Of a stretch of DNA of 64,000 nucleotides, positions 50,699 through 61,621 are shown in pieces. A program made the translations under genes and the position numbers. Origin of the DNA: Candidatus Spongiisociaceae bacterium (GTDB lineage Bacteria > Actinomycetota > Acidimicrobiia > Spongiisociales > Spongiisociaceae); assembly GCA_965202665.1 (NCBI GenBank), contig OZ241841.1, forward strand, positions 1,280,001 to 1,344,000. Direction: 5' to 3'. Position 1 is the first letter of the stretch; each line of letters begins with the position of its first letter. The notes beneath the pieces are model-generated. The model had not been told where the DNA came from. It made no database searches and saw nothing but the letters and a program-made list of their open reading frames with translations.

Positions 50699-51534
50699 CC
50701 CTCCCCCCGCCCCTGGACCGGGAGCGTCCCATCGCCATCGCCCACCGCGGCTCCATGACTTTGTGGCCGGAGAATACGATGACCGCCTTCGGGGGGGCGG
50801 TTGATCTGGGGTTCCGTTACCTGGAAACGGATTTGCGCATCAGCCGGGACGGCGTGCTGGTTACTTTTCACGATTCCGATTTGGACCGCACCACCGACGG
50901 CTCCGGGCCGGTCAACGGGCGCACCTTCGCGGAGTTGCGCCGCCTGGACGCCGCCTACCGTTTTCAGCCGGAGCAGGGGTTTCCCCAACGCGGGCGGGGG
51001 ATTCTCATCCCTTCCTTGGAGGAAGCGACCGCCGCCTTCCCGGAAGCCGTTTTCATGCTGGACATCAAACAGGACGGCCTGGAAGGCCCGTTGTTGTCGG
51101 TCATTGAACGTCTCAACCTGTGGGAGCGGGTGATAATCGGATCGTTCGGCGGTTCGCGGCTGCGGCGCTTGCGGGCCATGGCCGGACGGCCGTTGGCCAC
51201 CGCCGCCGCGCCCGGCGAGATTCTCCGCTTCGCGGTCGCCGCCCGCCTGGGGCGGCCTTCCCGCATCCCCGCCGATGCGCTGTCGATTCCCCCCCGGCAG
51301 TGGATCCAGCTGGTGAACGAACGCAACGTAGCCGCCGCCCGCGCCTCCGGCCTGCCCGTTTTGGTGTGGACCATCAACCAACATCAGGAAATGGCCCAAC
51401 TGCTGGATTTGGGGGTGGACGGCCTGATCACCGACCGCCCCGACCTGCTCAAGGCCCTTATGATTGAACGGGGCCGGGGCGGCCCTTGGAACCCGCCCGA
51501 CGGCGGAGATGCGACCGAACAGGAGGGGCGGTGA
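50695..51534 (+). CDS. Glycerophosphodiester phosphodiesterase
   Basis: IAHRG, PENTM.AF, LETDL, FHD, VWTIN, GVDGLITDRP; TTG start overlaps the upstream stop. Confidence 0.93.
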   Translation: MTLPPPLDRERPIAIAHRGSMTLWPENTMTAFGGAVDLGFRYLETDLRISRDGVLVTFHDSDLDRTTDGSGPVNGRTFAELRRLDAAYRFQPEQGFPQRGRGILIPSLEEATAAFPEAVFMLDIKQDGLEGPLLSVIERLNLWERVIIGSFGGSRLRRLRAMAGRPLATAAAPGEILRFAVAARLGRPSRIPADALSIPPRQWIQLVNERNVAAARASGLPVLVWTINQHQEMAQLLDLGVDGLITDRPDLLKALMIERGRGGPWNPPDGGDATEQEGR

Positions 51535-52154
51535 ACAACGGGCCGGATACGGGGGGCGACTGGGTGCGGGCGGGGTCGGTGGTGAAAATGCAGGTGGCCC
51601 GGCGGCGCATCCGCAACGGCCCCCGCTACGACCCTTCCCCCCTGCGGGAGGTGAGCCGGTTACGGCTCAGCGCCGAAGGGGTGATCGGGTACGACGGGGA
51701 GTCGTGGGTGCTGGACAGCCACCATCGGGCCCATCCGGAAAGGACACTCTTTCAGCCCCACCGAGTGTTGTTGATCGGCTTTGAACCCAACTACCGAAAA
51801 CTGTGGGAGAAGTTTCGGCCCATCGATCTGGGAGGGGCCGGCGAAGCCCTGATATTCTCCGCCGACCGGTTGGTGACCCCCGGGGAGGCGGCGGCTGGAA
51901 TGCTAATCGCCAGCGGCGGAGAAACCGTCGAGTTGAGCGGGCCGGAATCGGCGGTGGCCTGCGCCGCCTTCACCCGCTACATGACGCAAAGCCCCGACCC
52001 GCCCGGGGAACTGGCGGAGGAGGAGCTGGAAGCCCCCCGCCGTCGGCTCAGCCAGGGCCTGCGCGGGTTCGTGGTCCCCTACAACCGTCCGCAACCGTTC
52101 GACGTGGAACCGGGGGCCGAGCTGTTCCTGCGCCGGAGCAACCCCGCCCCGTAA
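51531..52154 (+). CDS. Hypothetical protein, possibly MOSC-like
   Basis: AGGAGG RBS and GTGA overlap; L..EGV.G, AGE.L, a single Cys and a C-terminal V.PG.EL resemble the MOSC layout. Confidence 0.6.
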   Translation: MNNGPDTGGDWVRAGSVVKMQVARRRIRNGPRYDPSPLREVSRLRLSAEGVIGYDGESWVLDSHHRAHPERTLFQPHRVLLIGFEPNYRKLWEKFRPIDLGGAGEALIFSADRLVTPGEAAAGMLIASGGETVELSGPESAVACAAFTRYMTQSPDPPGELAEEELEAPRRRLSQGLRGFVVPYNRPQPFDVEPGAELFLRRSNPAP

Positions 52155-52164
52155 CCCCCCGTCC

Positions 52165-52735
52165 TGGCAAACCGGCTTGCAATAGCGGCCGTCCGCCCGG
52201 GCAACCAGCGCCCCCACGCCACGCGACGAACAGCCGACCTTCGCAACCAACATTGCTGGGCTAGACGCAAAACGCCGGCGCCGCCCGACCCAGGCAGGCT
52301 GACCGCCGTCGCTCCACCTGCGGCTGAGGGTAAAACGACGGGGACGCCGGCCCCCTAAGCCGTCGGCCATCGCTGAAAATGTCGCATCCCAGCCCCATAC
52401 TGGAGAGGGCGGAGGGGCGGGGGACGCCGATGGTCCTTTTTTCGATAATTTCAAGTCTTTTCGAGACCCCCGCAAATCGGCTTGTCATAGGCGGCCAGCC
52501 GGACAACCAACGCCCCCCAACGACGTACGCTGAATCACCGTTTAGCGGAGGACGGGACCCCGCAACCAACATTGCTTGGCAAAACGACGGAAACGCCGGC
52601 CCCGCCCAGCCCCCTAAGCCGTTGGCCCCGCCGAAAGCGTCACACCCCGCCTCCATACTGGAGAGGGCGGAGGGGCGGGGGACGCCGATGGTCCTTTTTT
52701 CGGTGATTCCAGGACATTTTCGAACCCCCCGCCCA
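52165..52735. repeat. Two tandem degenerate copies of a ~260-310 bp non-coding element
   Basis: Identical 50-mer at 52395-52444 and 52653-52702; CGCAACCAACATTGCT at 52242 and 52561; further shared blocks. Confidence 0.85.
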
Positions 52736-52760
52736 GCCCCGGTGACCCCTCCCCAGCCGC

Positions 52761-54167
52761 TCAAGCGGGGAACGGGCCGGGGTCGGCCAGGCCCCGTTCC
52801 GCGGCCCACTCCCGAATCATGGCGTAGGCTTCCTCCGGCTGGTAGGGGCCGTCCTCGATCCGCTTCTCCAGCAACATTTCCAGGATTTCCCCCACTTGGC
52901 GGCCGGGGGGAATGTTCAGGTAGGCCATAACCTGGCGGCCGTCGATGGGCGGACGCAGGGAGTCCAGTTCCTCCCGGGCTCGCAAGCGGTCGATCCGTTC
53001 CTCCAATTCGTCCATCTGCCGCTGGATGGCCCGTTCTTTGCGTTCGTTGGCGGTGGTCACATCGCATCGCACCAGATGGTTCAGTTTTTCCAAAAGCCCC
53101 CCGGCGTCCCGCACGTAGCGGCGCACCGCCGAATCGGTCCATCCCATCTTGAAAGTGTGGGCCCGCATATGCAGAAACACCAGCTCCGCCACCGACCTGA
53201 TCACTTCTTTGGGATAGTGCAATTCCCGCAGGCGATGGCGCGTGATGCGGGCCCCCACCGCCTCGTGGGAGTGGAACGTTACCCGTCGCCCTTCGTAACG
53301 GCGGGTGGCGGGCTTGCCCACATCGTGGAAAAGTGCCGCCAACCGCAATATCAGATCGGGGTCGGTTTTTTCCAGCACGGCCAGGGAATGGGCCAGCACG
53401 TCCTTGTGGCGATGGTCGGGGTCGGTTTCCATAGCCAGGGCGGGAATTTCCGGAATGAACTCCTCCGCCAAACCGGAGGCGACCAGCATTTCCATCGCCG
53501 ACCGCGCCCGCGGAGCGATCAGCAGTTTGGAAAACTCGTCGCGGATGCGCTCGGCGCTGACGATCCGCAACCGTTCGGCCATCTCCCCCACCGCCTCCAG
53601 TTCTTTCCGGCCCGGCGTAAAACCCAGCTGGGCGGTGAACCGGAACAGCCGCAACATCCGCAACGGGTCTTCGGAAAAGGTAACCCCGGGGCCGAGCGGG
53701 GTGCGCAACACTTTCCGCGCCGCGTCCGCCGCCCCCCCGTACGGATCATGCAAACGGGGCGGGTCGTCGGCCAGGTTGAGGGCCATGGCGTTGACCGTAA
53801 AATCCCGCCGGGCCAGGTCCTGCTCAATGGAATCCCCGTATTTGACCGCCGGGCGGCGGCTGTCAAACGGGTAGACCTCGGAGCGATAGGTGGTGATCTC
53901 ATACCGATAGTCGTCTTTTCGGGCGCCGATGGTGCCGAACCTCTCCCCCACCGCGTACAGGTCGTCCGCCCAGCCCCGGAGCAGGGATTTGATATGCGGG
54001 GGACGGGCGGAGGTGGCGAAGTCCAGATCGGTGGGGGCCTCCTTCTCCAGCAGGGAGTCGCGCACCGACCCGCCCACCAGGTAGATTTCATACCCGGCGG
54101 CGGTGAACAGCCGGCTCAACTCGCGGGCGGAGCCCTCGGTGAGCCATCGGAAACGTTGGGGAATCAT
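52761..54167 (-). CDS. CCA-adding tRNA nucleotidyltransferase with HD domain
   Basis: [48 protein letters not shown]. Confidence 0.95.
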   Translation of the reverse strand: MIPQRFRWLTEGSARELSRLFTAAGYEIYLVGGSVRDSLLEKEAPTDLDFATSARPPHIKSLLRGWADDLYAVGERFGTIGARKDDYRYEITTYRSEVYPFDSRRPAVKYGDSIEQDLARRDFTVNAMALNLADDPPRLHDPYGGAADAARKVLRTPLGPGVTFSEDPLRMLRLFRFTAQLGFTPGRKELEAVGEMAERLRIVSAERIRDEFSKLLIAPRARSAMEMLVASGLAEEFIPEIPALAMETDPDHRHKDVLAHSLAVLEKTDPDLILRLAALFHDVGKPATRRYEGRRVTFHSHEAVGARITRHRLRELHYPKEVIRSVAELVFLHMRAHTFKMGWTDSAVRRYVRDAGGLLEKLNHLVRCDVTTANERKERAIQRQMDELEERIDRLRAREELDSLRPPIDGRQVMAYLNIPPGRQVGEILEMLLEKRIEDGPYQPEEAYAMIREWAAERGLADPGPFPA

Positions 54168-54263
54168 ATGGGTTCTCGGTTTCGGGGCGGAATTCGGGCG
54201 GGGGACATCAGCCCCCTTTCCCGATGTTACCGCCCCCCGCCCCGTTCGGGTACCGGCCCGAGG

Positions 54264-55295
54264 TCAGGGACCGGTCCAGTCGGAGGCCCCCGCCGTCCCC
54301 CCGCGCAGCTCCCGCACCCGGGACAACGCCGCCCAAGCCTCCGGCGGGGAACGGAACCGGTCCGGCTTGTCTTCCACCGTCCGTCCGGCGGCCCCCGCCA
54401 GGGTGGCGGAAACCGAGGCGGTTATCGCCTCCGCGTCGTATCCGCCTTCCAGGAAGAAGATGGTGCGGCCCGGCGGAACCGTTTCCCGCAAAGCGGCGGA
54501 CAGGTAGGCGTAGTCGGAGGCCAGCAACCGCAGTTGCGCCAAAGGGTCGGCGGCGTGGGCGTCGTATCCGGCGCTGACCAGCATCCAGTCCGGCCCGAAC
54601 CGGCGCAGGGCGGGCAACAGCAACTCATCGCAGGCCCGCCGGTAGAGGTCGCCGGCCGCGCCAGCGGGGAGGGGCAGGTTCAAAGTAGTGGACGGCGAAG
54701 GATAATCTTCCATGTCCGCCTCCCCGCCCGTGCCCGGATAGTAGGGAAACTGGTGCAGGGAAATGTAGAACACGCCGGGGTGGGCGGCGAAGGTTTCCTC
54801 CGTGCCGTTGCCGTGATGGACGTCCCAGTCCGCGATCGCCACCCGGTTTCCCCGCCCGGCCAGCAGGGCGGCGGTGACCGCTGCGTTGTTGAACAGGCAG
54901 AACCCCATGGCCAGCGCGGAGCGGGCGTGATGACCGGGGGGGCGAACCGCCAGGAAAGCCGCCTCCGCCTCCCCGGCCTGCAAGCGCCGCACCGCCTCCG
55001 GGCCCGCCCCGGCCGCCCGCAACGCCGCCTCCCAGGAGGCTTCCCCGGCCCGGGTGTCGGGATCCAGCCTTCCGCCGCCCATGGCGCACAGCCGTTCAAT
55101 CCGGTCGATGTAGGAGGGGTCGTGCACCAGTTCCAGGCCCTCCCGCGCCGCCAACGGGGCTTCCACCGGAATCGTTTCCACCGGGGCCCGTTCCACTCCC
55201 AGCAGGGCCGCTTCCAGGCGGGCCGGCCGTTCGGGATGCCCCCATCCGGCGTCATGCAAGGCGCAGGCCGGATGGCTGACGGACAATACCCTCAT
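54264..55295 (-). CDS. Histone deacetylase-family protein
   Basis: [42 protein letters not shown]. Confidence 0.96.
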   Translation of the reverse strand: MRVLSVSHPACALHDAGWGHPERPARLEAALLGVERAPVETIPVEAPLAAREGLELVHDPSYIDRIERLCAMGGGRLDPDTRAGEASWEAALRAAGAGPEAVRRLQAGEAEAAFLAVRPPGHHARSALAMGFCLFNNAAVTAALLAGRGNRVAIADWDVHHGNGTEETFAAHPGVFYISLHQFPYYPGTGGEADMEDYPSPSTTLNLPLPAGAAGDLYRRACDELLLPALRRFGPDWMLVSAGYDAHAADPLAQLRLLASDYAYLSAALRETVPPGRTIFFLEGGYDAEAITASVSATLAGAAGRTVEDKPDRFRSPPEAWAALSRVRELRGGTAGASDWTGP

Positions 55296-55373
55296 GGGAA
55301 CAGGCTACCCCGGCGGGCGGGGCGGAGTTTAAGTAACATTCCGGTCGCGGCCCCAGAACGAGGGAGGAATGCA

Positions 55374-56705
55374 ATGTCCGAGTTTTTCGAAGAGGTGAGT
55401 GAGCCGATCAAATACGGCGGTTTGGACTCCGACGATCCCCTGACCTTCAAGGTCTACCAACCGGAGCGGGAGGTGCTGGGCAAACGAATGGAGGACCATT
55501 TGCGGGCCGCGGTCTGCTACTGGCATTCCTTCAACTGGCCCGGGTCGGATGTGTTCGGATTGGGGACTTTGGACCGGCCGTGGCTGGACCCGGGGGCCGA
55601 CCCGATGTCCGCCGCCCGCGTGAAAATGGACGCCGCTTTCGAGTTTATGGCCAAACTGGGGTTTCCTTTTTTCGCCTTTCACGACCGGGACATCGCCCCG
55701 GACGGGGATTCTTTCGCCGGCACGGTGCGCAACCTGGAGGCGATGACGGAATACATGGAGGAGAAAATGGCCGCCACCGGACGGAGGTTGCTGTGGGGAA
55801 CCGCCAACCTGACCGCCCACCCCCGCTACGCGGCGGGCGCCGCCACCAACCCCGACCCGGAAGTGTTCGCCTGCGCCGCCGCCCAAGTGCGCCATTGCCT
55901 GGAAGCCACCCACCGGCTGGGGGGCGCCAACTACGTGCTATGGGGCGGACGGGAGGGTTATGAAACCCTGCTCAACACCGATCTGCGCCGGGAGGCGGAC
56001 CAACTGGGCCGTTTCCTGCACATGGTGGCCGAACACAAACACCGCATCGGGTTCCAGGGGACGCTCCTCATCGAGCCCAAACCGCAGGAACCGGCCAAGC
56101 ATCAATACGATTACGACAGCCAGTCGGTGCACGGTTTTCTGGAACGTTACGGGCTGGCCGACGAATACCGGCTCAACATCGAAGTGAATCACGCCACTTT
56201 GGCGGGACACACTTTTCATCACGAAGTGGCTTACGCGGCGCAGGCGGGAATTTTCGGCTCGGTGGACGCCAACCGGGGCGACTATCAGAACATGTGGGAC
56301 ACCGACCAGTTCCCCAATTCGGTGGAGGAGTTGTCGTTGGCCTGGCATGAGATTCTGCTGGCGGGCGGCATGGGCTCCGGAGGGTTCAACTTCGACGCCA
56401 AGTTGCGCCGCCAGTCGGTGAACCGCTCCGACCTGTTCCATGGGCACATCGGCGGGGCGGATGCGCTGGCCTTGGCCTTGCTGGCGGCGGCGGAGATGAT
56501 AAAGGAGGAAACCTTGACCGGGGCCCGGCGGGCCCGTTACGCCGGTTGGTCGGAGGAGTTGGGAACGAGCATCATGGACGGGTCGGAAACCTTGTCGTCC
56601 CTTTCGGAGCGGGTAACCGCGGGGGGAATCGACCCGGCCCCGGCTTCGGGCGGCCAGGAACTGTTGGAAAACCTGGTGAACCGGGTCCTGTGGCGGGTGC
56701 GGTGA
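55374..56705 (+). CDS. xylA: Xylose isomerase (class II)
   Basis: [56 protein letters not shown]. Confidence 0.98.
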   Translation: MSEFFEEVSEPIKYGGLDSDDPLTFKVYQPEREVLGKRMEDHLRAAVCYWHSFNWPGSDVFGLGTLDRPWLDPGADPMSAARVKMDAAFEFMAKLGFPFFAFHDRDIAPDGDSFAGTVRNLEAMTEYMEEKMAATGRRLLWGTANLTAHPRYAAGAATNPDPEVFACAAAQVRHCLEATHRLGGANYVLWGGREGYETLLNTDLRREADQLGRFLHMVAEHKHRIGFQGTLLIEPKPQEPAKHQYDYDSQSVHGFLERYGLADEYRLNIEVNHATLAGHTFHHEVAYAAQAGIFGSVDANRGDYQNMWDTDQFPNSVEELSLAWHEILLAGGMGSGGFNFDAKLRRQSVNRSDLFHGHIGGADALALALLAAAEMIKEETLTGARRARYAGWSEELGTSIMDGSETLSSLSERVTAGGIDPAPASGGQELLENLVNRVLWRVR

Positions 56706-58186
56706 GCCTGGTCCTCGGTTTAGACGTTTCCACCACCGCCGCCAAGGCGGTGGTTCTGGATCGGGCGGGACGGACGGCGGCGGCCGGGACGGCGGAATAT
56801 TCCTACCAAACTCCCCGCCCGTTATGGGCGGAAGCCGATCCCCGCCGATGGTGGGAGGGGGCGGCGGCCGCCACACGAGAGGCTTTGTCGCAGGTTTCCA
56901 GCCGGGAGGTGGAGGCGGTGGGACTCGCCGGCCAGATGCACGGATGCGTGCTGCTGGACTCCGCGGGCGAGGTGGTGCGGCCCGCCATCTTATGGAACGA
57001 CCAGCGCACCGCCGCCCAGTGCGATGAAATCCGGAGCCGGCTGGGCGACCGGTTGCTTTCCATAACCGGCAACGACGCCCTGACCGGTTTCACCGCCCCC
57101 AAACTGCTGTGGGTGCGGGAGGAGGAACCGGAGTCGTGGGCCCGGACGGCGCATCTGTTGCTGCCCAAGGATTATGTGCGGTTCCGGCTGACCGGGGAGT
57201 CGGCCACCGACAAGGCGGACGGAGCGGGCACGTTGCTGATGGATACGGCCGCCCGAACCTGGTCGGAGGAGGTGCTGGCGGCCTTGGAAATAAACCCGGA
57301 CTGGCTTCCCGCCGCTTTTGAGGGACCGGAGATAACCGGAACGGTGCACGAAGAAGCGGCCCGGGCCACCGGTTTGACCGCGGGAACCCCGGTGGTGGCG
57401 GGGGGAGGCGACCAGGCGGCCAACGCGGTGGGGTGCGGAGCGGTGGATCCGGGGACGGCCGCCCTCTCGCTGGGCACCTCGGGGGTGGTGTTCGCCCCCA
57501 CCCGGAAACCGGTGACGGAACCGGAGGGGCGGGTTCATTCCTTCTGCCATTGCCTGCCGGGCCGCTGGCATCTGATGGGGGTGATGCTGTCCGCCGCCGG
57601 CGCCCTGCGCTGGTTCCGGGATGCGCTGGCCCCCGGAACCAGTTTTGCGGAGTTGGATGCGGAGGCGGCGACCGCGCCGGCCGGGGCGGAGGGCCTGCTG
57701 TTCGCCCCTTACCTGACCGGGGAGCGCACGCCCCACCCCGACCCGGCGGCCCGGGGGGCGTTCGCGGGCCTGACGGTGCGGCACGGGCGGGGCCATATGG
57801 TGCGGGCCTTGATGGAAGGGGTGGCCTTCGGACTGCGGGATTCCCTGCAAGTGATGGAGTCGGCCGGCGCGCCCCTCCCGGAACAAATACGGGCTTCCGG
57901 CGGGGGAACCAAAAGTCCCCTGTGGCGGCAAATCCTGGCCGATGCGTTGCAAGCGGAGATAGCCGTCACCGCCACCTCCGAAGGGGCCGCCGCCGGAGCG
58001 GGCCTGCTCGCCGCAACCGGTGCGGGTTGGTTCGACTCAGTTGGCGAGGCGGCGGCCGCCCTGGTCAAAGTAACCCAAACCACCCCGCCCGGCCCCGACC
58101 GGGAGACATACCAAAGCCTCCACCCCCTGTACCAATCCCTCTACCCCGCCCTGAGCCCAACCTTCCATTCCCTCACCGAAACCTGA
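56702..58186 (+). CDS. xylB: Xylulokinase
   Basis: [45 protein letters not shown]; overlaps the xylA stop. Confidence 0.96.
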   Translation: MSLVLGLDVSTTAAKAVVLDRAGRTAAAGTAEYSYQTPRPLWAEADPRRWWEGAAAATREALSQVSSREVEAVGLAGQMHGCVLLDSAGEVVRPAILWNDQRTAAQCDEIRSRLGDRLLSITGNDALTGFTAPKLLWVREEEPESWARTAHLLLPKDYVRFRLTGESATDKADGAGTLLMDTAARTWSEEVLAALEINPDWLPAAFEGPEITGTVHEEAARATGLTAGTPVVAGGGDQAANAVGCGAVDPGTAALSLGTSGVVFAPTRKPVTEPEGRVHSFCHCLPGRWHLMGVMLSAAGALRWFRDALAPGTSFAELDAEAATAPAGAEGLLFAPYLTGERTPHPDPAARGAFAGLTVRHGRGHMVRALMEGVAFGLRDSLQVMESAGAPLPEQIRASGGGTKSPLWRQILADALQAEIAVTATSEGAAAGAGLLAATGAGWFDSVGEAAAALVKVTQTTPPGPDRETYQSLHPLYQSLYPALSPTFHSLTET

Positions 58187-58223
58187 ACGCCCCGCCCGAT
58201 ATTTGTCCTACACGTTTCGGCTT

Positions 58224-58246
58224 CGTCCCCAAATAACAAGGGGACG
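58224..58246. terminator. Hairpin between convergent xylB and DUF3566 genes
   Basis: CGTCCCC / GGGGACG stem with a 9-nt loop. Confidence 0.35.
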
Positions 58247-58297
58247 GGCTGGTCATCGCTTGCTCTCTCTCCGCTCTCGGCAAAGATACGGGGGGGA

Positions 58298-58765
58298 TTA
58301 GGCCGGGTCCAGGGGGTGGCGGATTTGGGTGGGGAAATCGGGGGTGGGCGCGGGGGCGGCCGGGGCCGGGGCGGGGGTCTGGTCGGGATCGGGCAGGCGC
58401 AGCGACTCCTCTAGCATCACCACCTCCACCCCTCCCACCACGTCGGAAACCAGGTTGTAGAGCACGGCCGCCAACGTGGTGAGCAAGGTCATCGCCGCTC
58501 CGAAGGTAAAAGCGAAAAAGATGGACACCCGCACGAACCGGCCGCCGTTGTCGAACAGGGAACTGCCTTCGTCCAGCAGGCTGATCCGAATCAGGAAATC
58601 GTCCAAAGAAGCGGGGACGCCCACTCGCACCAGCAACGACCAGAACATGAGCAGGCCGATCAACGTGGCCACCGCAAACACCAGATGCAACAGCAGGGAA
58701 ACCTTGAACACCGTCCACGGATCCACTTTGCGGATCACCCTGCGCACCCGCCGGACCGCGGCCAT
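58298..58765 (-). CDS. DUF3566 membrane protein, copy 2
   Basis: RRVIRKVDPWTVFKVS...LYNLVSDVVGGVEV; ATG at 58765. Confidence 0.88.
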   Translation of the reverse strand: MAAVRRVRRVIRKVDPWTVFKVSLLLHLVFAVATLIGLLMFWSLLVRVGVPASLDDFLIRISLLDEGSSLFDNGGRFVRVSIFFAFTFGAAMTLLTTLAAVLYNLVSDVVGGVEVVMLEESLRLPDPDQTPAPAPAAPAPTPDFPTQIRHPLDPA

Positions 58766-58770
58766 CCGTC

Positions 58771-59196
58771 CTATCCCGCCGAGAGTTGGTCGGCCGCATA
58801 CGCCGGGTCCACCGGCGTATCCTCGTAGACGGTGAACTCCACCCCGCCCGCCACCTCGGCGATCAGGTTGTAGACGATGGCGGCCGAGGTGAGCAGGCCG
58901 GTTACCATCATCATCCAGCCCGCCGCCGCCAGCAAAGTCCCCCGCAGGTAAACCGACCCGGATTGCAACAACGTCTCGTCGGGAGCGATCAGGCTCACCC
59001 GTTGCGCGGCCCGCTCCAAAGCCCCGGGGATGCCCAACCGGTTGACGATGGCCCACAAAGTCACCGCGGCCAGCACCAGCCCCAAGGCGGCGATGGCGGT
59101 CAACACCAAAGAAACTTTCAGCACCGTCCACGGGTCGAACTTGCGAATGATCCGCCGAACCCGGCGAGGGGCGGTGGGAAGACCCACGGCGGTCAT
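58771..59196 (-). CDS. DUF3566 membrane protein, copy 1
   Basis: [16 protein letters not shown]...[14 protein letters not shown]; overlaps the gyrA stop. Confidence 0.88.
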   Translation of the reverse strand: MTAVGLPTAPRRVRRIIRKFDPWTVLKVSLVLTAIAALGLVLAAVTLWAIVNRLGIPGALERAAQRVSLIAPDETLLQSGSVYLRGTLLAAAGWMMMVTGLLTSAAIVYNLIAEVAGGVEFTVYEDTPVDPAYAADQLSAG

Positions 59197-61619
59197 TCCG
59201 CCTCGTCGTTCAAAACCGGAGCGAACGAGGTAAGCGTGACTCCTTCGTCCAGGTTCTTGACCCGCACTCCGGTGGAGTTGCGTTGCTGGCGGCTGATGGA
59301 GTTTATGGCCAGTCGGATCATCACCCCGTCCGAGGACACCACCAACACCTCCCCATCGGTGGAAACCGCCCGCGCTCCGATCAACTCCCCCCGCACCGAG
59401 GTCAACTTGTACGCCTTAACCCCCATGCCCCCCCGTTTGATCTGGCGGATAAGGTTGATCTTGGTGCGTTTGCCGTATCCGCCGGAGGTAAGCATCAGCA
59501 CCTCGTCCCCGGTTTCGCTCACGCAGGCGCCCACCACCTCGTCGCCCTCCCGCAGTTTTATGCCGCGCACCCCCCGGGTGCTGCGCCCCATGGGCCGCAA
59601 ATCGTTCTCCGAAAAACGGATGGCTTGACCAAGCCGGGTGAACAACAACACATCGCTTTCCCCTTTGGTGGCGTGCACTTCCACCAGTTCATCCCCTTCC
59701 ACCATGTTGATCGCTTTTAAAGTCCTATTGGGACTGTCGTATCGGCTGAACAGGGTGCGCTTGGCCTGCCCCAACTTGGTAGCCATCACCAGGTATTTGA
59801 AGGACTCGTAGTCGCGGGTGTCGATGATGGCCCGGATGCGCTCGTCCGGCTCAAAAGGCAGCACCGACTGGGCCAGCACCCCTTTGGCGGTGCGGGACTG
59901 GCGGGGAATCTCGTGGGCTTTGACGCGATGCACCCGTCCCTTGTTGCTGAAAAACAGCAGGTAGGCGTGGGCGGTGGTGTGCAAAACATGGGTGAGAAAA
60001 TCACCTTCCCTCACCGCCGCCCCTTTCACCCCCCGTCCCCCCCGGCCTTGGGAGCGGTACATCCCGGCGTCCACCGTTTTCACATAGCCGTGGGCGGAGG
60101 CGGTGAGCACCAGTTCGTCGTCGGCTACCAGATCCTCGAACGACAACTCCCCTTCGTCGGGCTGGATACGGGTGCGGCGGGCGTCGTCGTGTCCCCGGCG
60201 CACCTCCTCCAACTCTTCTGCGATTATCGTCCGGCGACGGGCGGGATCGTCCAGGATGGCCTGCAAGTCGGCGATCAAAATGCGCAGGTCCTCCAACTCG
60301 GCCCGCAGTTTTTCGGTCTCCAGCGAAGTAAGGCGGCGCAACGGCATATCCAACACCGCCCGGGCTTGGATGTCGGTCAGTTCAAACCTTTCCATCAGGG
60401 CGGTGCGGGCCTGGTCGGCTTCGGCGCTGCGGCGGATGATGGCCACCACCTCGTCGATGTTGTCCACCGCCGTCACCAACCCTTCCAGGATGTGGGCGCG
60501 GGCCTCCGCCCGGTCCAGCCGGAACCGGGTGCGCCGCTCGATCACCTCCATCTGGTGGTCCAGGAAATATTGGATCATCTCGGCGATGTTCAAAGTTTGG
60601 GGCACCCCGTCCACCAGGGCCACCGTGTTCACCCCGAAACTCTCCTGCAACTGGGTCAACTTGTAGAGCTGGTTGAGCACCACTTGGGGGACGGCGCTCC
60701 TTTGCAATTCGATCACCAGCCGCACCCCCACTCTGGAGGATGACTGATTGTGCAGGTCGGCGATCCCGGAAACCTTCTTGTCCTGCACCAGGCCGGCGAT
60801 CTTCTCCATCACCCGATCCTGGCTCACCTGATAGGGCAGTTCGGTCACCACGATGGCGGTGCGGCCCTTGCGCACCTCTTCGATGTCGGCCACCGCCCGC
60901 ATTTTGATGGAACCCCGCCCGGTGAGCAGGGCTTGCCTGATCCCGTCGGTTCCCATCACGTAACCGCCGGTTGGGAAATCGGGGCCTTTCACGATGGACA
61001 GGTAGTCCTCGGGCGGAGCGTCGGGGTGCTCCAACCCGTACCGGCAGGCCTCCGCAATCTCCCCCAGGTTGTGGGGGGGGATGTTGGTGGCCATCCCCAC
61101 CGCGATCCCCTGACTGCCGTTGACCAGCAAATTGGGGAAGCGGGAGGGCAACACTTTCGGCTCCGCCTCGGACCCGTCGAAGTTGTCTATGAAATCCACC
61201 GTGTCCTCGTCGATCCCGTCCAACAGCGCCTCCGCCAGCCGGGTTAATCGGCATTCGGTGTAACGCATAGCGGCCGGGGGGTCGTCGGTGGTGCCGAAGT
61301 TGCCCTGCGGGTCCACCAGCGGGTAGCGCAAACTGAAACCCTGCCCCATCCGCACCAAAGCGTCGTAGATGGCGTCGTTGGAGTGGGGATGGTATTTGCC
61401 GATCACCTCCCCCACCACCGTGGCCGACTTGCGATGGGAGGCCCCCGCCGTCACCCCCATGTCGTCCATGGCGTAAATGATGCGCCTTTGCACCGGCTTG
61501 AGGCCGTCCCGGACATCGGGCAGGGCCCGGGACACGATCACCGACATCGCATAGTCGACGAACGACTTGGACATCTCCTCGTTGATGTCGACCGGCGCGA
61601 TGCGCCCCTCTTCGGCCAT
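59193..61619 (-). CDS. gyrA: DNA gyrase subunit A
   Basis: [27 protein letters not shown] (catalytic Tyr), GyrA-box QGRGGRG, CTD blades. Confidence 0.98.
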   Translation of the reverse strand: MAEEGRIAPVDINEEMSKSFVDYAMSVIVSRALPDVRDGLKPVQRRIIYAMDDMGVTAGASHRKSATVVGEVIGKYHPHSNDAIYDALVRMGQGFSLRYPLVDPQGNFGTTDDPPAAMRYTECRLTRLAEALLDGIDEDTVDFIDNFDGSEAEPKVLPSRFPNLLVNGSQGIAVGMATNIPPHNLGEIAEACRYGLEHPDAPPEDYLSIVKGPDFPTGGYVMGTDGIRQALLTGRGSIKMRAVADIEEVRKGRTAIVVTELPYQVSQDRVMEKIAGLVQDKKVSGIADLHNQSSSRVGVRLVIELQRSAVPQVVLNQLYKLTQLQESFGVNTVALVDGVPQTLNIAEMIQYFLDHQMEVIERRTRFRLDRAEARAHILEGLVTAVDNIDEVVAIIRRSAEADQARTALMERFELTDIQARAVLDMPLRRLTSLETEKLRAELEDLRILIADLQAILDDPARRRTIIAEELEEVRRGHDDARRTRIQPDEGELSFEDLVADDELVLTASAHGYVKTVDAGMYRSQGRGGRGVKGAAVREGDFLTHVLHTTAHAYLLFFSNKGRVHRVKAHEIPRQSRTAKGVLAQSVLPFEPDERIRAIIDTRDYESFKYLVMATKLGQAKRTLFSRYDSPNRTLKAINMVEGDELVEVHATKGESDVLLFTRLGQAIRFSENDLRPMGRSTRGVRGIKLREGDEVVGACVSETGDEVLMLTSGGYGKRTKINLIRQIKRGGMGVKAYKLTSVRGELIGARAVSTDGEVLVVSSDGVMIRLAINSISRQQRNSTGVRVKNLDEGVTLTSFAPVLNDEAE

Positions 61620-61621
61620 AA

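Noticed and set aside
52896-55373. Apparent 1269-aa xylose isomerase fusion
   Set aside because: The first 826 codons are antisense to the CCA and HDAC genes; xylA has its own GGAGG RBS and ATG at 55374
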